Source: Candidatus Gastranaerophilales bacterium (lineage in GTDB: Bacteria > Cyanobacteriota > Vampirovibrionia > Gastranaerophilales > Gastranaerophilaceae). Taken from it: DNA of 64,000 bases. The notes beneath the pieces were generated by a model. It made no database searches and was not told the origin of the DNA. It worked only from the letters and a program-made list of their open reading frames with translations. Where the stretch lies: positions 18,371 to 82,370 of the forward strand of contig CAAFYU010000005.1 of the NCBI GenBank assembly GCA_900767135.1, written 5' to 3'. Shown here piece by piece: positions 8,489 to 17,330 of the stretch (positions are counted from its first letter, which is position 1; every line of letters starts with the position of its first letter). Position numbers and translations under genes: made by a program.

Positions 8489-9967
8489 TTACACTTCTGC
8501 AATTACGTCAAGATGAACGTTATTTCCGATTTCTTCACGAGAAAGCACTGTAATATCGTTCATATATGTGCTCAAAAGCGAGAAAATAAGTTGCCTGAAT
8601 TCAAGTGGTGCTACCAAAATCGGACTCTCAATATTCAAAGTCTTTGCTTGCTTGTTAATTTTATTCGCCAATTTTTCTGCAAAACTTGCATCAATTCGAA
8701 TTATAGCATCTTCACTTTCTTCAAAATTCGGCAAGAATTTGTCCATTGTTTTGTCGGAAACTTCGAATGCCGAAATTGTATTTTCTTCATTACTAAGATT
8801 TCTGCATATTTGACGTGCCATAGTTAGACGAATCTTCTTTATCAAATCTGATTTAGAGCTTTCTTCTGCAAAATCGTTGATTTTTTCAAAAATGTACGAA
8901 ATGTTTTTTATTGAAACTCTTTCTCTAACCAAACTTGTCAAAATATACCGCAAATCAGAAAGTGAAATGTAGTCAGGGATAATGTTTTCAACTAAATATT
9001 CGTTGTTTTGGCTCACGACATCAATATATTTGTCTAGTTGGTCGTAATCCAACAATTCATCAACATACTTAACTGCACAGAATTCCAAAGCCCTTGCAAT
9101 AAATTCAGACCCAGATATTCCATTTTGCCAAAAATCTTTTGTTAAAGTTTTTTCTACCCAAATGATTTTTTTACCTGTGATTTCATCTATTGCAGAAACG
9201 GAATTTTTAATTTTCTTTTCAGTGTGCAGTTCGTCTGCAAAGAACATCAAGAAGTTTGGGTAAACCGTTGCAGTAAAGACATCTACACCTCGGATTTTAA
9301 TCGAAAACTCATAAGGATTTAGGTTTTCATCATCTTGAAAAACAATTTTTGGAATTACATAACCCAACTCCTCAGTTAGCTTCAAGCGGGTTTTTACGGT
9401 TTCTGCGACGAGCTCTTCTTCTTCAATTTCGCTGTCAGGATTTAGGTAACCCAAAATTTCTTCGCTTAAACAGATTGAAAGTTTTTCTTCTTTTAGTTTT
9501 GAATACATTGCATCAGGCGAAGTTGCTTTTGCAAGTTCAAGTTTCAAATCTTCCAATTCTTTTAGTCCCGCAGAAATTTTGTCGTTCAATTTCTTTCTGC
9601 TGACAGATGCCGGAGCTTCGCCTTCAAGCTCTTTTTTTACTTTTGCAATCTTTGCTTTTTGGTCTTTAATTTTGCTTTGAATATCCAAACAAATTTCGTA
9701 AGGAGATTGTTCAGGTGAAAGCATTTTTTCCATCTGGCTTTTGAATGATGAAATGTTGATGGTATCAGCATTTAGGTCATTCGACGAAGAAACTGCTTCA
9801 CGCATAAAAATGCAATTGCACAAAATTTGCCCGTCATCGCCTTCAACTTCTTGCATACTGTAAAGTTCCCAGTTGTTCATTGACATTTCATTCAGCAAGT
9901 TTTGAAGTTCTTGCGTATTGTCGCTGGCACAAGTTTTTATTACATATTGCATTTTTTTGTTTAACAT
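8489..9967 (-). CDS. Soluble FlhA/FHIPEP cytoplasmic-domain homolog lacking the transmembrane export-gate domain. Carries an N-terminal DUF4177-like module and a coiled-coil linker.
   Basis: 492 aa with no TM segments. Internal GYVIPKIVFQDDENLNPYEFSIKIRGVDV resembles the start of the FlhA cytoplasmic domain. RYILTSLVRERVSIKNISYIFEKINDFAEESSKSDLIKKIRLTMARQI and the C-terminal ...ITVLSREEIGNNVHLDVIAEV match conserved FlhA-C segments. The N-terminal ~55 aa (YVIKT...NEMSMNNWELYSMQ) resembles DUF4177. Confidence 0.55.
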   Translation of the reverse strand: MLNKKMQYVIKTCASDNTQELQNLLNEMSMNNWELYSMQEVEGDDGQILCNCIFMREAVSSSNDLNADTINISSFKSQMEKMLSPEQSPYEICLDIQSKIKDQKAKIAKVKKELEGEAPASVSRKKLNDKISAGLKELEDLKLELAKATSPDAMYSKLKEEKLSICLSEEILGYLNPDSEIEEEELVAETVKTRLKLTEELGYVIPKIVFQDDENLNPYEFSIKIRGVDVFTATVYPNFLMFFADELHTEKKIKNSVSAIDEITGKKIIWVEKTLTKDFWQNGISGSEFIARALEFCAVKYVDELLDYDQLDKYIDVVSQNNEYLVENIIPDYISLSDLRYILTSLVRERVSIKNISYIFEKINDFAEESSKSDLIKKIRLTMARQICRNLSNEENTISAFEVSDKTMDKFLPNFEESEDAIIRIDASFAEKLANKINKQAKTLNIESPILVAPLEFRQLIFSLLSTYMNDITVLSREEIGNNVHLDVIAEV

Positions 9968-9976
9968 TATTGCTCC

Positions 9977-10747
9977 TTATTTTTTGTCGTTTTCAATAAG
10001 AATTTTCAAAGCTTCAACAGCTGTTTTAATTGCCATATCGGTATCATGGACAACAGGATTTTCCAAACCTAATTTTTCTCTTTCCTGATTTGCCACAACC
10101 AAAAATACAGAACCAACCTTGACTCTCAAAAAGCTTCCAACGATAAACAGTGCTGCTGACTCCATTTCAGACGCCAAACACCCCATCTTTTTCCAAGCTT
10201 CCCACTTGTTCAAAAGTTCGTAGTTTACAGGCATTTTTTCAGGACTGTGTTGCCCGTAAAAAGAGTCTTTACACTGAACAACACCTGTGTGATATTCGTG
10301 TCCGAGATTTTTTGCTGCCTGAACAAGAGAATTTACTACATCTAAATTCGCAACTGCCGGAAATTCAATCGGAGCGTATTCTTTTGTAGTGCCTTCCATA
10401 CGGATTGCACCTGTTGCAATAACAATATCTCCGCCTTTAACGTCAGTTTGGACTCCACCGCAAGTTCCCACTCTGATGAAGGTTTTAGCTCCAACATTTA
10501 CAAGTTCTTCCAACGCAATAGAAGCAGAAGGTCCACCGATTCCGGTTGATGTAACACTGACTTTCACACCGTTTAAAAAACCTGTGTAAGTTGTGTACTC
10601 ACGTCTGTCTGCAACAAGTTTTGCGTCATCAAAATATTCGGCAATTTTGGCACAACGTTTCGGATCACCGGGCATAATTACATATTCGCCGACATCTCCA
10701 ACGTTTAAGCCGATGTGGTACTGTTCTCCATGTTCAGAATATTTCAT
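9977..10747 (-). CDS. Purine/uridine nucleoside phosphorylase (PNP/UDP family, DeoD/Udp type)
   Basis: 256 aa with the PNP-UDP fold pattern (GDPKR..., [28 protein letters not shown]). Confidence 0.8.
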   Translation of the reverse strand: MKYSEHGEQYHIGLNVGDVGEYVIMPGDPKRCAKIAEYFDDAKLVADRREYTTYTGFLNGVKVSVTSTGIGGPSASIALEELVNVGAKTFIRVGTCGGVQTDVKGGDIVIATGAIRMEGTTKEYAPIEFPAVANLDVVNSLVQAAKNLGHEYHTGVVQCKDSFYGQHSPEKMPVNYELLNKWEAWKKMGCLASEMESAALFIVGSFLRVKVGSVFLVVANQEREKLGLENPVVHDTDMAIKTAVEALKILIENDKK

Positions 10748-10767
10748 AATTTCTCCTTAATTTCTAA

Positions 10768-11226
10768 TTAAAACTGACCGCTTTTTAATTTTTGAATAAC
10801 TAAGTCAGAAATGTCAACACCACCAACAAAAATTACTCTGTAATCAACAATTGCATCAAGTTTTTGTTCTACAAGAACTTGTTTTGTTGCAGCTTGAATT
10901 TTATTATAAACTTGTTCTTCTTTACTTGCTTTTAATCTCATATAAGCATCTTGTTTAAGTTTAAATTCTCTTGCTGTTTGATCTTCAAAATTTTGTTTTT
11001 TCAAAGGAGTATCCAAAGCTTTGTATTGTTTTTCTTTATCAACCATATATTGTTGCATTTCCAACGCTTTGGCGTCAATTTCTTTTACTGCTTGTTGAGC
11101 AAAAGGGAAACCATCTTGAACTTTTTGATAGTCAATATATCCTACTCCGGCTGCATTTGCTTGGTTACCAAGAGTTAGAAATAAACCTACACCCATTAAC
11201 AAAGCTGCTAATTTTAAATTTTTCAT
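10768..11226 (-). CDS. skp: OmpH/Skp-family periplasmic chaperone
   Basis: 152 aa with a signal peptide. Lys/Gln-rich coiled-coil body. Sits directly downstream of bamA, as is typical. Confidence 0.7.
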   Translation of the reverse strand: MKNLKLAALLMGVGLFLTLGNQANAAGVGYIDYQKVQDGFPFAQQAVKEIDAKALEMQQYMVDKEKQYKALDTPLKKQNFEDQTAREFKLKQDAYMRLKASKEEQVYNKIQAATKQVLVEQKLDAIVDYRVIFVGGVDISDLVIQKLKSGQF

Positions 11227-11238
11227 ATTATACCTCCA

Positions 11239-13191
11239 TTAGTACATTATATCGCCTACACCAAAAGTAAAGTAACCATTGTTGTTACCGTTACTACCCG
11301 GATTTGTAAGTGGAATACCGTAATCGATAGACAACGGTCCCATACCCGGAACATAAAGTTTTAAACCGACACCGGCAGATACTGCATAAAGCGGTCTGTC
11401 ATATATTTTATCCGTAATTGACGGGTTGAAAATTTTACCTGCGTCAGCCCAAACTGTAAATCTCAAATTATTTAAGAAGTTAATTCTTGTTCTGTCTAGG
11501 AACGGAATAGGAGTTGCAAATTCCGCACTACCCATAATGAACGCATCGCCGGTACCAACACCACTCATTTTGAAACCTCTGATAGTGTAAGGGCCACCTA
11601 AGCGGTATGCCATAACTTCCGGCATGTTGTCACCATGGATTTTTCCACCACCCTTAGCTGTGAATGACAAAGATGATTTTTTGCCGACAGGAATATATTG
11701 TTTAACCATACCGGTCAACTTACCATGGGTTTTATCAAAATCAAGAACTCCCAATTCTTCGTCAAATCTCAAGCTAGCCATAGTACCTTTTCTGGTAACT
11801 GTTGCACTATCTCTTGTGTCATACAAAAGAGCAGGGCTCAAAGATAGGAATAACCCACCGTCTAACTGTCTTGCACGTTCTGAAATCGGAATGTTGTATT
11901 TTGAATACAAACTTGTAATTTTACCTTTATCGCCTTCTGAAACATCAATATTTTCAACCCCGAGTGAGAAAGTTCCCGTCACGTGCTTGTTAAACTTCAT
12001 GCGGTGTGCAACAGTTGCTTCTGCACCAATTCTTCTTTCAATTGCAAGTGGAACTTGGTATGAACCAAAATCACGATAGAAAATCTTGCTCATCAATGAA
12101 GTATCGGCATTATAAAAATACGGTTTGAAATAGCTCAATTCAGCCTGTAAGTTCATACGACGTTTGATAGATGAGTCGTTCAAGATTACACCGGTACCTG
12201 CGATACCGTTTAGGGAAATTCTTTCGTTACGCCCCATAAAGTTGTTATCAGCAATTCCGACAGATCCGAAAACACCAGTTACAGAGTCGATACCACCACC
12301 AACAGAAATACTTGCGGTTCTTTGTTCTTCGATATTAATTGTGATGTCGTATTTGTCAGGATCGTCAGTCAGTTCAATCTCTCTTGTAACGTCTTTAAAC
12401 GCCTGAGTTGCGTAAAGTCTTACCAAATCTTCTTTCAACAAGTTTTCGTTATAAACCTGCCCAGGCTCAGTCAACACATTACGCTCAATAACGTAATCTT
12501 TTGTCTTTTCGTTGCCGGAAATCAAAATTCGATTGATAGTACCTTCTTTAATGCTAATGTTCACAGTTCCGTCCGGATCGTCTGAAACGGAATCAATTCT
12601 CGCGAGAATATAACCTTTTGAGCTATAACAGTCTTGGATTTTAGAAATCGCATCATTCAAATCTCCGATATTTTGGGGTTTGCCTTTCATCGGCAAAAGA
12701 TAGGATAGAATTTCATCGGTAGAAATTACGGTGTTACCTTCAATCGTAAAATCTGTTACAGGTGCATTTTCAACAAGAACAATTTTTAATGTAATGCTTC
12801 CATCTGCATTATTAATCGGGATAGCTTTCATTTTTTCGGTAAAGTAACCCATTTCATAAATGGCTTTTAAATCTCTTTGAACAAGTTCTCTGCTGTAAGT
12901 ATCGCCAACTTGCAATTTCATTTGTTGCAAAATCAAAGCTTTGTCAACAACGTTATTCCCCACAAATTCAATGTTTTTTATAACTCTTTTATCTTTATTA
13001 GTCGCAGTAACAGATGCAGACGTCATGGGTGTTTCGTCTACTGCTGTCTGAGTTGCGGTTGGAGTTTGGAGTTGTGTTTGAACTGTGTCAGACTCTTTCG
13101 TGTTTCCCCAAAAGCCCTTTGCAGAACCTTGAAGAGGGCACATTATAACCAACATGAGGGCTATTAAAGATATATATTTCTTATTATTCAA
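11239..13191 (-). CDS. bamA: Outer membrane protein assembly factor BamA (Omp85/D15)
   Basis: 650 aa. Signal peptide, POTRA-like N-terminal repeats, C-terminal beta-barrel ending in an aromatic residue (…FGVGDIMY). Confidence 0.85.
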   Translation of the reverse strand: MNNKKYISLIALMLVIMCPLQGSAKGFWGNTKESDTVQTQLQTPTATQTAVDETPMTSASVTATNKDKRVIKNIEFVGNNVVDKALILQQMKLQVGDTYSRELVQRDLKAIYEMGYFTEKMKAIPINNADGSITLKIVLVENAPVTDFTIEGNTVISTDEILSYLLPMKGKPQNIGDLNDAISKIQDCYSSKGYILARIDSVSDDPDGTVNISIKEGTINRILISGNEKTKDYVIERNVLTEPGQVYNENLLKEDLVRLYATQAFKDVTREIELTDDPDKYDITINIEEQRTASISVGGGIDSVTGVFGSVGIADNNFMGRNERISLNGIAGTGVILNDSSIKRRMNLQAELSYFKPYFYNADTSLMSKIFYRDFGSYQVPLAIERRIGAEATVAHRMKFNKHVTGTFSLGVENIDVSEGDKGKITSLYSKYNIPISERARQLDGGLFLSLSPALLYDTRDSATVTRKGTMASLRFDEELGVLDFDKTHGKLTGMVKQYIPVGKKSSLSFTAKGGGKIHGDNMPEVMAYRLGGPYTIRGFKMSGVGTGDAFIMGSAEFATPIPFLDRTRINFLNNLRFTVWADAGKIFNPSITDKIYDRPLYAVSAGVGLKLYVPGMGPLSIDYGIPLTNPGSNGNNNGYFTFGVGDIMY

Positions 13192-13268
13192 AAAATCTCT
13201 ACCTTAAAAACTTCAATTACTATCCTAAAAATATTATATCATAAATTAAAAAAAGTGTACTATGTAAA

Positions 13269-14078
13269 TTATTTTAAACATCTTTTGTAAATATCATTTT
13301 TATTAAGCCCATACAATTCGGCCAAAATCACCGATATATCTTTGGCTTTGAACCCTTTATTTTTAAGGCAATTGATTTTGTTTTCTATGTCAATATCAGA
13401 AAAATCTGACTTATCTCTAAAAACAAGTCCGACAATTTCACCTTTCAAAACGTTGGTTTCAAAATGATTTATCACATTTTCAACATTATCAATCACAATT
13501 TCTTCAAAAATTTTAGTCAATTCACGTCCGATTGCAACTTTTGAGTTTGGACGGAATTCTTTAACGATTTCCAAAGTGTTTAAAATCCTGTTCGGGGAGT
13601 CATAAAACACCATATCAGTGGCTTTGAATTGTTTAAGCAGGTTTTCAATTTGTAATTTTGTTTTTGGTAAAAATCCAACGAATGCAAAATCTTCACCTTC
13701 CCTTGCGACATGCGAAAGAAATGTCGCAACGGCATTCGCACCCGCCAAAGAAGTTACAGAAAAACCATTTTTTTGCAACTCGTCAACAATTACAGCCCCC
13801 GGATCGCAAAAAAGCGGAGTGCCTGCATCAGAAACAAGTGCGATTTTTTTGCCTTCTCTAAGCATGTTCAAAAACGCATCTACACGCTCTTTTTCATTAA
13901 ACTTGTGATAAGAAATACACTTTGTTTTGATATCGTAGTGATTGAGTAATTTTTGAGTAACTCGCATATCTTCGCAAGCAATCAAGTCAACAGATTTTAA
14001 AGTTTCAATTGCTCGAAGTGTTATATCACCAAGGTTTCCGATAGGAGTCGGAACTATGTAAAAATCGTATTCCTTCAT
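13269..14078 (-). CDS. rsmI: 16S rRNA (cytidine1402-2'-O)-methyltransferase RsmI
   Basis: Tetrapyrrole-methylase fold: IVPTPIGNLGDITLRAIETLK, IACEDMRVTQKLL, VSDAGTPLFCDPG. Has a C-terminal extension. Confidence 0.85.
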   Translation of the reverse strand: MKEYDFYIVPTPIGNLGDITLRAIETLKSVDLIACEDMRVTQKLLNHYDIKTKCISYHKFNEKERVDAFLNMLREGKKIALVSDAGTPLFCDPGAVIVDELQKNGFSVTSLAGANAVATFLSHVAREGEDFAFVGFLPKTKLQIENLLKQFKATDMVFYDSPNRILNTLEIVKEFRPNSKVAIGRELTKIFEEIVIDNVENVINHFETNVLKGEIVGLVFRDKSDFSDIDIENKINCLKNKGFKAKDISVILAELYGLNKNDIYKRCLK

Positions 14079-14124
14079 AGTTTGATTATAGCATAAATCT
14101 CATTGAATGAATAATTATTTTAGA

Positions 14125-14796
14125 TTAGTCATTCTCTAAGGACAATATTTCAAATAAGTTTTCATCTTTGCCATCAGAGATGCTGGTTGTTTTAATATTT
14201 TCATTCAGTTTTTCAAGAGTTTTTTCAACAGCCTCTCTGTTTGTTCGCATTGTAACAAGACCATCTTCCCCGCCAGTTTGTTTAAACCCGAGTTTCATAT
14301 ATTTCGAAACGGTACTGTACGGGCCATCTGTAATTGCAGTCAAATTAATGACTTTTGCCGGCGAATTTTGAAAATCTTCAAACATTTGTTTAAACAAAGT
14401 CTGTCCTGCCATTTTTACTTTTTTCCCGATTTCAGCAGGCCAAGTGCAGATGCAATCCAAATCGAACTTATTTTCTGTCGGTTTAAACGAAATTATTCCG
14501 CAAGGTTTTTTATTTACAGCCGCCAAATAGCTCTGTTCACCTCTATGAAAGGATTGTGAAATTACATATTCAAACAAAAATTGCCACCTGTTATATTGTT
14601 GTGTTGTAATCTTGTTGTCAGGCATCAAATCAATCATTTTTTTTGAACTTCTAAGTTGCATTAAAAAACGATCATCTTTTGGCGTCATTTTATATATATC
14701 AATAGTTGTTTTAAGCCCGTCAACAACATTTGTGGCTTTTGCGACATGAATTCCTTTAAAATTAGTCTTTGAGTTAAAGTTACTTTGAATTTGCAT
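14125..14796 (-). CDS. Hypothetical protein, possibly an acyl-CoA N-acyltransferase (GNAT-like) fold
   Basis: Start moved to the ATG 8 nt after AGAGG; the track start is a TTG at 14826. C-terminal ...YMKLGFKQTG resembles a GNAT motif, weakly. Confidence 0.45.
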   Translation of the reverse strand: MQIQSNFNSKTNFKGIHVAKATNVVDGLKTTIDIYKMTPKDDRFLMQLRSSKKMIDLMPDNKITTQQYNRWQFLFEYVISQSFHRGEQSYLAAVNKKPCGIISFKPTENKFDLDCICTWPAEIGKKVKMAGQTLFKQMFEDFQNSPAKVINLTAITDGPYSTVSKYMKLGFKQTGGEDGLVTMRTNREAVEKTLEKLNENIKTTSISDGKDENLFEILSLEND

Positions 14797-14853
14797 AAAA
14801 AATACCTCTGAGTATACAAAATTCAAAAATAATTTTTTTTGCTAATTGAAAAT

Positions 14854-15552
14854 TTATTGTACATTAAGTTTGTAACCGCCACCATAAATGGTTTCAATAT
14901 ACTTTTTCCCATTTGCGATTTTGTCAATTTTGCTTCTCAAATGTCTGATATGAACTCGAATTGTTTCAATATCATCGTCCGGCGAATACCCCCAAATATC
15001 TTTTAGAAGCTGAGCTGATGAAACCATATTTCCATGATTTTGAAAAAGTAAATTAAAAATATCAAATTCAATTGGGGTTAATTTAGCTTGTTTATCTCCG
15101 ATTTTCACACTATATAATTCCGGCAAAAGCGTGATTTCTCCGAGGGTCAAAAGTTCTCGAGTAGATGCACTTTCAGGAATTTGCAAAGTTCTTTTAAGAA
15201 GAGCCCTGACTCGAACTTGTAATTCTTCCATTTCAAAAGGTTTAACGAGATAATCATCAACCCCGAGATTAAACCCTTTTACCTTGTCGTTAATTTGCGA
15301 CAATGCTGTTAACATTAAAATCGGAATATTTTTTGTCTCTTCGTTTTTGCGAATTCTTTGAGCTACCGTAAATCCATCAACGTCAGGCATCATAACGTCC
15401 AAAATTACAAGTGAAGGAATTTCTTGTTTGCACAAAGCAAATCCCTTAATTCCGTCATAAGCCTGAACTACCTTATAACCGCAAAGTTCAAGGTTAACTT
15501 TTATAAGTTCGTTTATTGCTAAATCATCATCTATAACCAAAATCTTATTCAT
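14854..15552 (-). CDS. OmpR-family response regulator (receiver plus winged-helix), RpaB/Ycf27-like; no adjacent histidine kinase
   Basis: 232 aa. Receiver Asp pocket (VIDDD, ILDVMMP), ...LTAL...KVKGF..GVDDYLVKPF, and a C-terminal winged helix (YIETIYGGGYKL). Confidence 0.85.
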   Translation of the reverse strand: MNKILVIDDDLAINELIKVNLELCGYKVVQAYDGIKGFALCKQEIPSLVILDVMMPDVDGFTVAQRIRKNEETKNIPILMLTALSQINDKVKGFNLGVDDYLVKPFEMEELQVRVRALLKRTLQIPESASTRELLTLGEITLLPELYSVKIGDKQAKLTPIEFDIFNLLFQNHGNMVSSAQLLKDIWGYSPDDDIETIRVHIRHLRSKIDKIANGKKYIETIYGGGYKLNVQ

Positions 15553-15788
15553 ATCTGAATTTTATATACAAAAAACAAAAAATACAACTATTAATGTTAA
15601 AAAATATTAATAAAGATAGTACATTCGAATAATACAATATAACTTATTTTCGGACATATTTATTTGAAAAGATTTGTAAATAAATTTATTAAAAGTATAA
15701 AATTTACAAATTTTTTGATTTTTATTGTATTATAATATTGCGAAAAGCGATTTGTAGGAAAAATATACATTTATAGGAGGCACATGAA

Positions 15789-16241
15789 TTGGCACTAACA
15801 TCACCATTTACAGCATTTAAGAACGGTAAAAAAGAAATTCACTTAGGACAACATGTCTTAGCAGAGTTTTTTGAATGTGACCCAAACACATTGAACAGTT
15901 TGGACAAAGTTGAAAAATACATGGTAGATGCCGCCCTTGAATGTGGTGCGACCGTTGTTCAAAAATGTTTCCACATGTTCAACCCTTATGGCGTTTCAGG
16001 TGTAGTAATTATTTCAGAAAGCCACTTGGCAATTCACACTTGGCCTGAACTTGGATACGCAGCGGTAGATTTGTTTACTTGCGGTGATAAATGTGATCCA
16101 AAAGTTTCTTATGAATTTTTGAAGAAAAAATTTAATTCGAAAAAGGCTACTTTTTCTGAGCTAAAAAGAGGTATTATTGACGAAGCTACTCTTAAAGTCG
16201 CAGAAAAACCTTTCGAAATAATGCAGCAATTTGCTGATTAA
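15789..16241 (+). CDS. speH: S-adenosylmethionine decarboxylase proenzyme (class 1B, SpeH type)
   Basis: GQHVLAEFFECD and SESHLAIHTWPE are hallmark AdoMetDC motifs. TTG start 8 nt after AGGAGG. The ATG at 15784 is too close to the RBS and hits a stop after 4 codons. Confidence 0.8.
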   Translation: MALTSPFTAFKNGKKEIHLGQHVLAEFFECDPNTLNSLDKVEKYMVDAALECGATVVQKCFHMFNPYGVSGVVIISESHLAIHTWPELGYAAVDLFTCGDKCDPKVSYEFLKKKFNSKKATFSELKRGIIDEATLKVAEKPFEIMQQFAD

Positions 16242-16275
16242 TTAATAGACTTTTTTATTGTATACAACAATTTTT

Positions 16276-16305
16276 GTTCCATACCCCCCGTATGGAACTT
16301 TTTTT
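16276..16305 (+). terminator. Rho-independent terminator of speH
   Basis: 9-bp stem GTTCCATAC/GTATGGAAC, CCCCC loop, T7 tract. Confidence 0.8.
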
Positions 16306-16430
16306 ATCTATAATTGTAATAGGCATTCTGAAAGTATAGAATTTTTCATGTTAACTCATGTAAAAAATTTGCCTTCATGACATGACAACAGTATATGGTT
16401 TTAATATGATTATCTTAATAGGGGGTAGAA

Positions 16431-16910
16431 ATGCCGGAAGATTTATTAGAAAGAAAATCAAATTTTGACTTAACATCTAGAAGTGCTTTTTCAAATAACG
16501 AGGAAGTTTTCACATCTCGTTCGTACGCTGCACTTTTGGCGAAAAATATCATTCCATATTCGCATAAAAAAATTGCAGATAATTATACGATTATTAAAAA
16601 AGTTTTTAAATTCCAGGCTGTAATGCCAAGAATAACAAATGCAGAAAAGACTCTTTTGGCAAAGTATGATTTTAATACTCTTGAATACACGACAGTAAAA
16701 CAAATGTATGAAGAATTGACACTATTGCAGAAATGGTCTATGTCTGATGACGAAAATTTAAAAAAAGATTCTGATGCAATTTTAGAAATTCGAACAAAAG
16801 AGTTGAAATATATTATCGCAACAAGTTACGCCAATATTTCTAACGAAATATATAGAGGTTACTTAGCTTTGGAAAATTATTTTATCGAAATCAGCAAATA
16901 TTCTGACTAA
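16431..16910 (+). CDS. Hypothetical protein
   Basis: 159 aa ORF with a GGGGG/GTAG RBS-like stretch. Followed by a strong terminator. Confidence 0.4.
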   Translation: MPEDLLERKSNFDLTSRSAFSNNEEVFTSRSYAALLAKNIIPYSHKKIADNYTIIKKVFKFQAVMPRITNAEKTLLAKYDFNTLEYTTVKQMYEELTLLQKWSMSDDENLKKDSDAILEIRTKELKYIIATSYANISNEIYRGYLALENYFIEISKYSD

Positions 16911-16935
16911 AATTTTAAACAAACAATAAAAAAAA

Positions 16936-16969
16936 TTATCCCAAACATTTCGTGAGGGATAATTTTTTT
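16936..16969 (+). terminator. Rho-independent terminator
   Basis: Stem TTATCCC/GGGATAA, 13-nt loop, T7 tract. Confidence 0.7.
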
Positions 16970-17015
16970 ACTTTACTTTTCAATCCATAAAGGGTGGTTG
17001 AAACAGCTACGTTCC

Positions 17016-17330
17016 TTACGAAGTCGTTAGCTTTTTAAATTCTACCAACACCTAATGGGTGGGTGGAGCGGCACTTTTTACGAAGTCGCTTATCTTTTAA
17101 ATCGCACCAACACCTAATGAGTGGGTGAAGCTTCAAGCTTCTTACGAAGTCGCTTATCTTTTAAATCGCACCGACACCTAATGAGTGGGTGAAGCTTCAA
17201 GCTTCTTACGAAGTCGTTGGCTTTTAAAATCGCACCAACACCCAAAGGGCGGGTGGAGCGGCACTTTTTACGAAGTCGCTTATCTTTTAAATCGCACCAA
17301 CACCTAATGGGTGGGTGAAGCTTCAAGCTT
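17016..17330. repeat. Tandem array of five ~62-64 bp units. Core: TTACGAAGTCGCTTATCTTTTAAATCGCACCAACACCTAATGRGTGGGTG. Two alternating 3' variants: ...GAGCGGCACTTT (A) and ...AAGCTTCAAGCTTC (B), in order A-B-B-A-B.
   Basis: Direct reading. Units start at 17016, 17078, 17142, 17206 and 17268. The array ends at the base before the ppdK stop codon (17331). Confidence 0.9.

Noticed and set aside
15784-15798. ATG at 15784 as the speH start
   Set aside because: It is only 3 nt after the AGGAGG RBS and reaches a stop after 4 codons. The in-frame TTG at 15789 has the proper spacing and gives the conserved SpeH N-terminus.
17114-17326. 70-aa minus-strand ORF (…RKKCRSTRPLGV…) from the ORF track
   Set aside because: It lies entirely within the tandem repeat. 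Its sequence is internally repetitive as a direct consequence and it has no RBS. It is an artefact.
17016-17330. Tandem repeat array considered as a CRISPR array
   Set aside because: The variable segments are only two alternating sequences, not unique spacers. The unit is 62-64 bp with a 50-nt conserved core, which is the wrong geometry. No cas genes are nearby.
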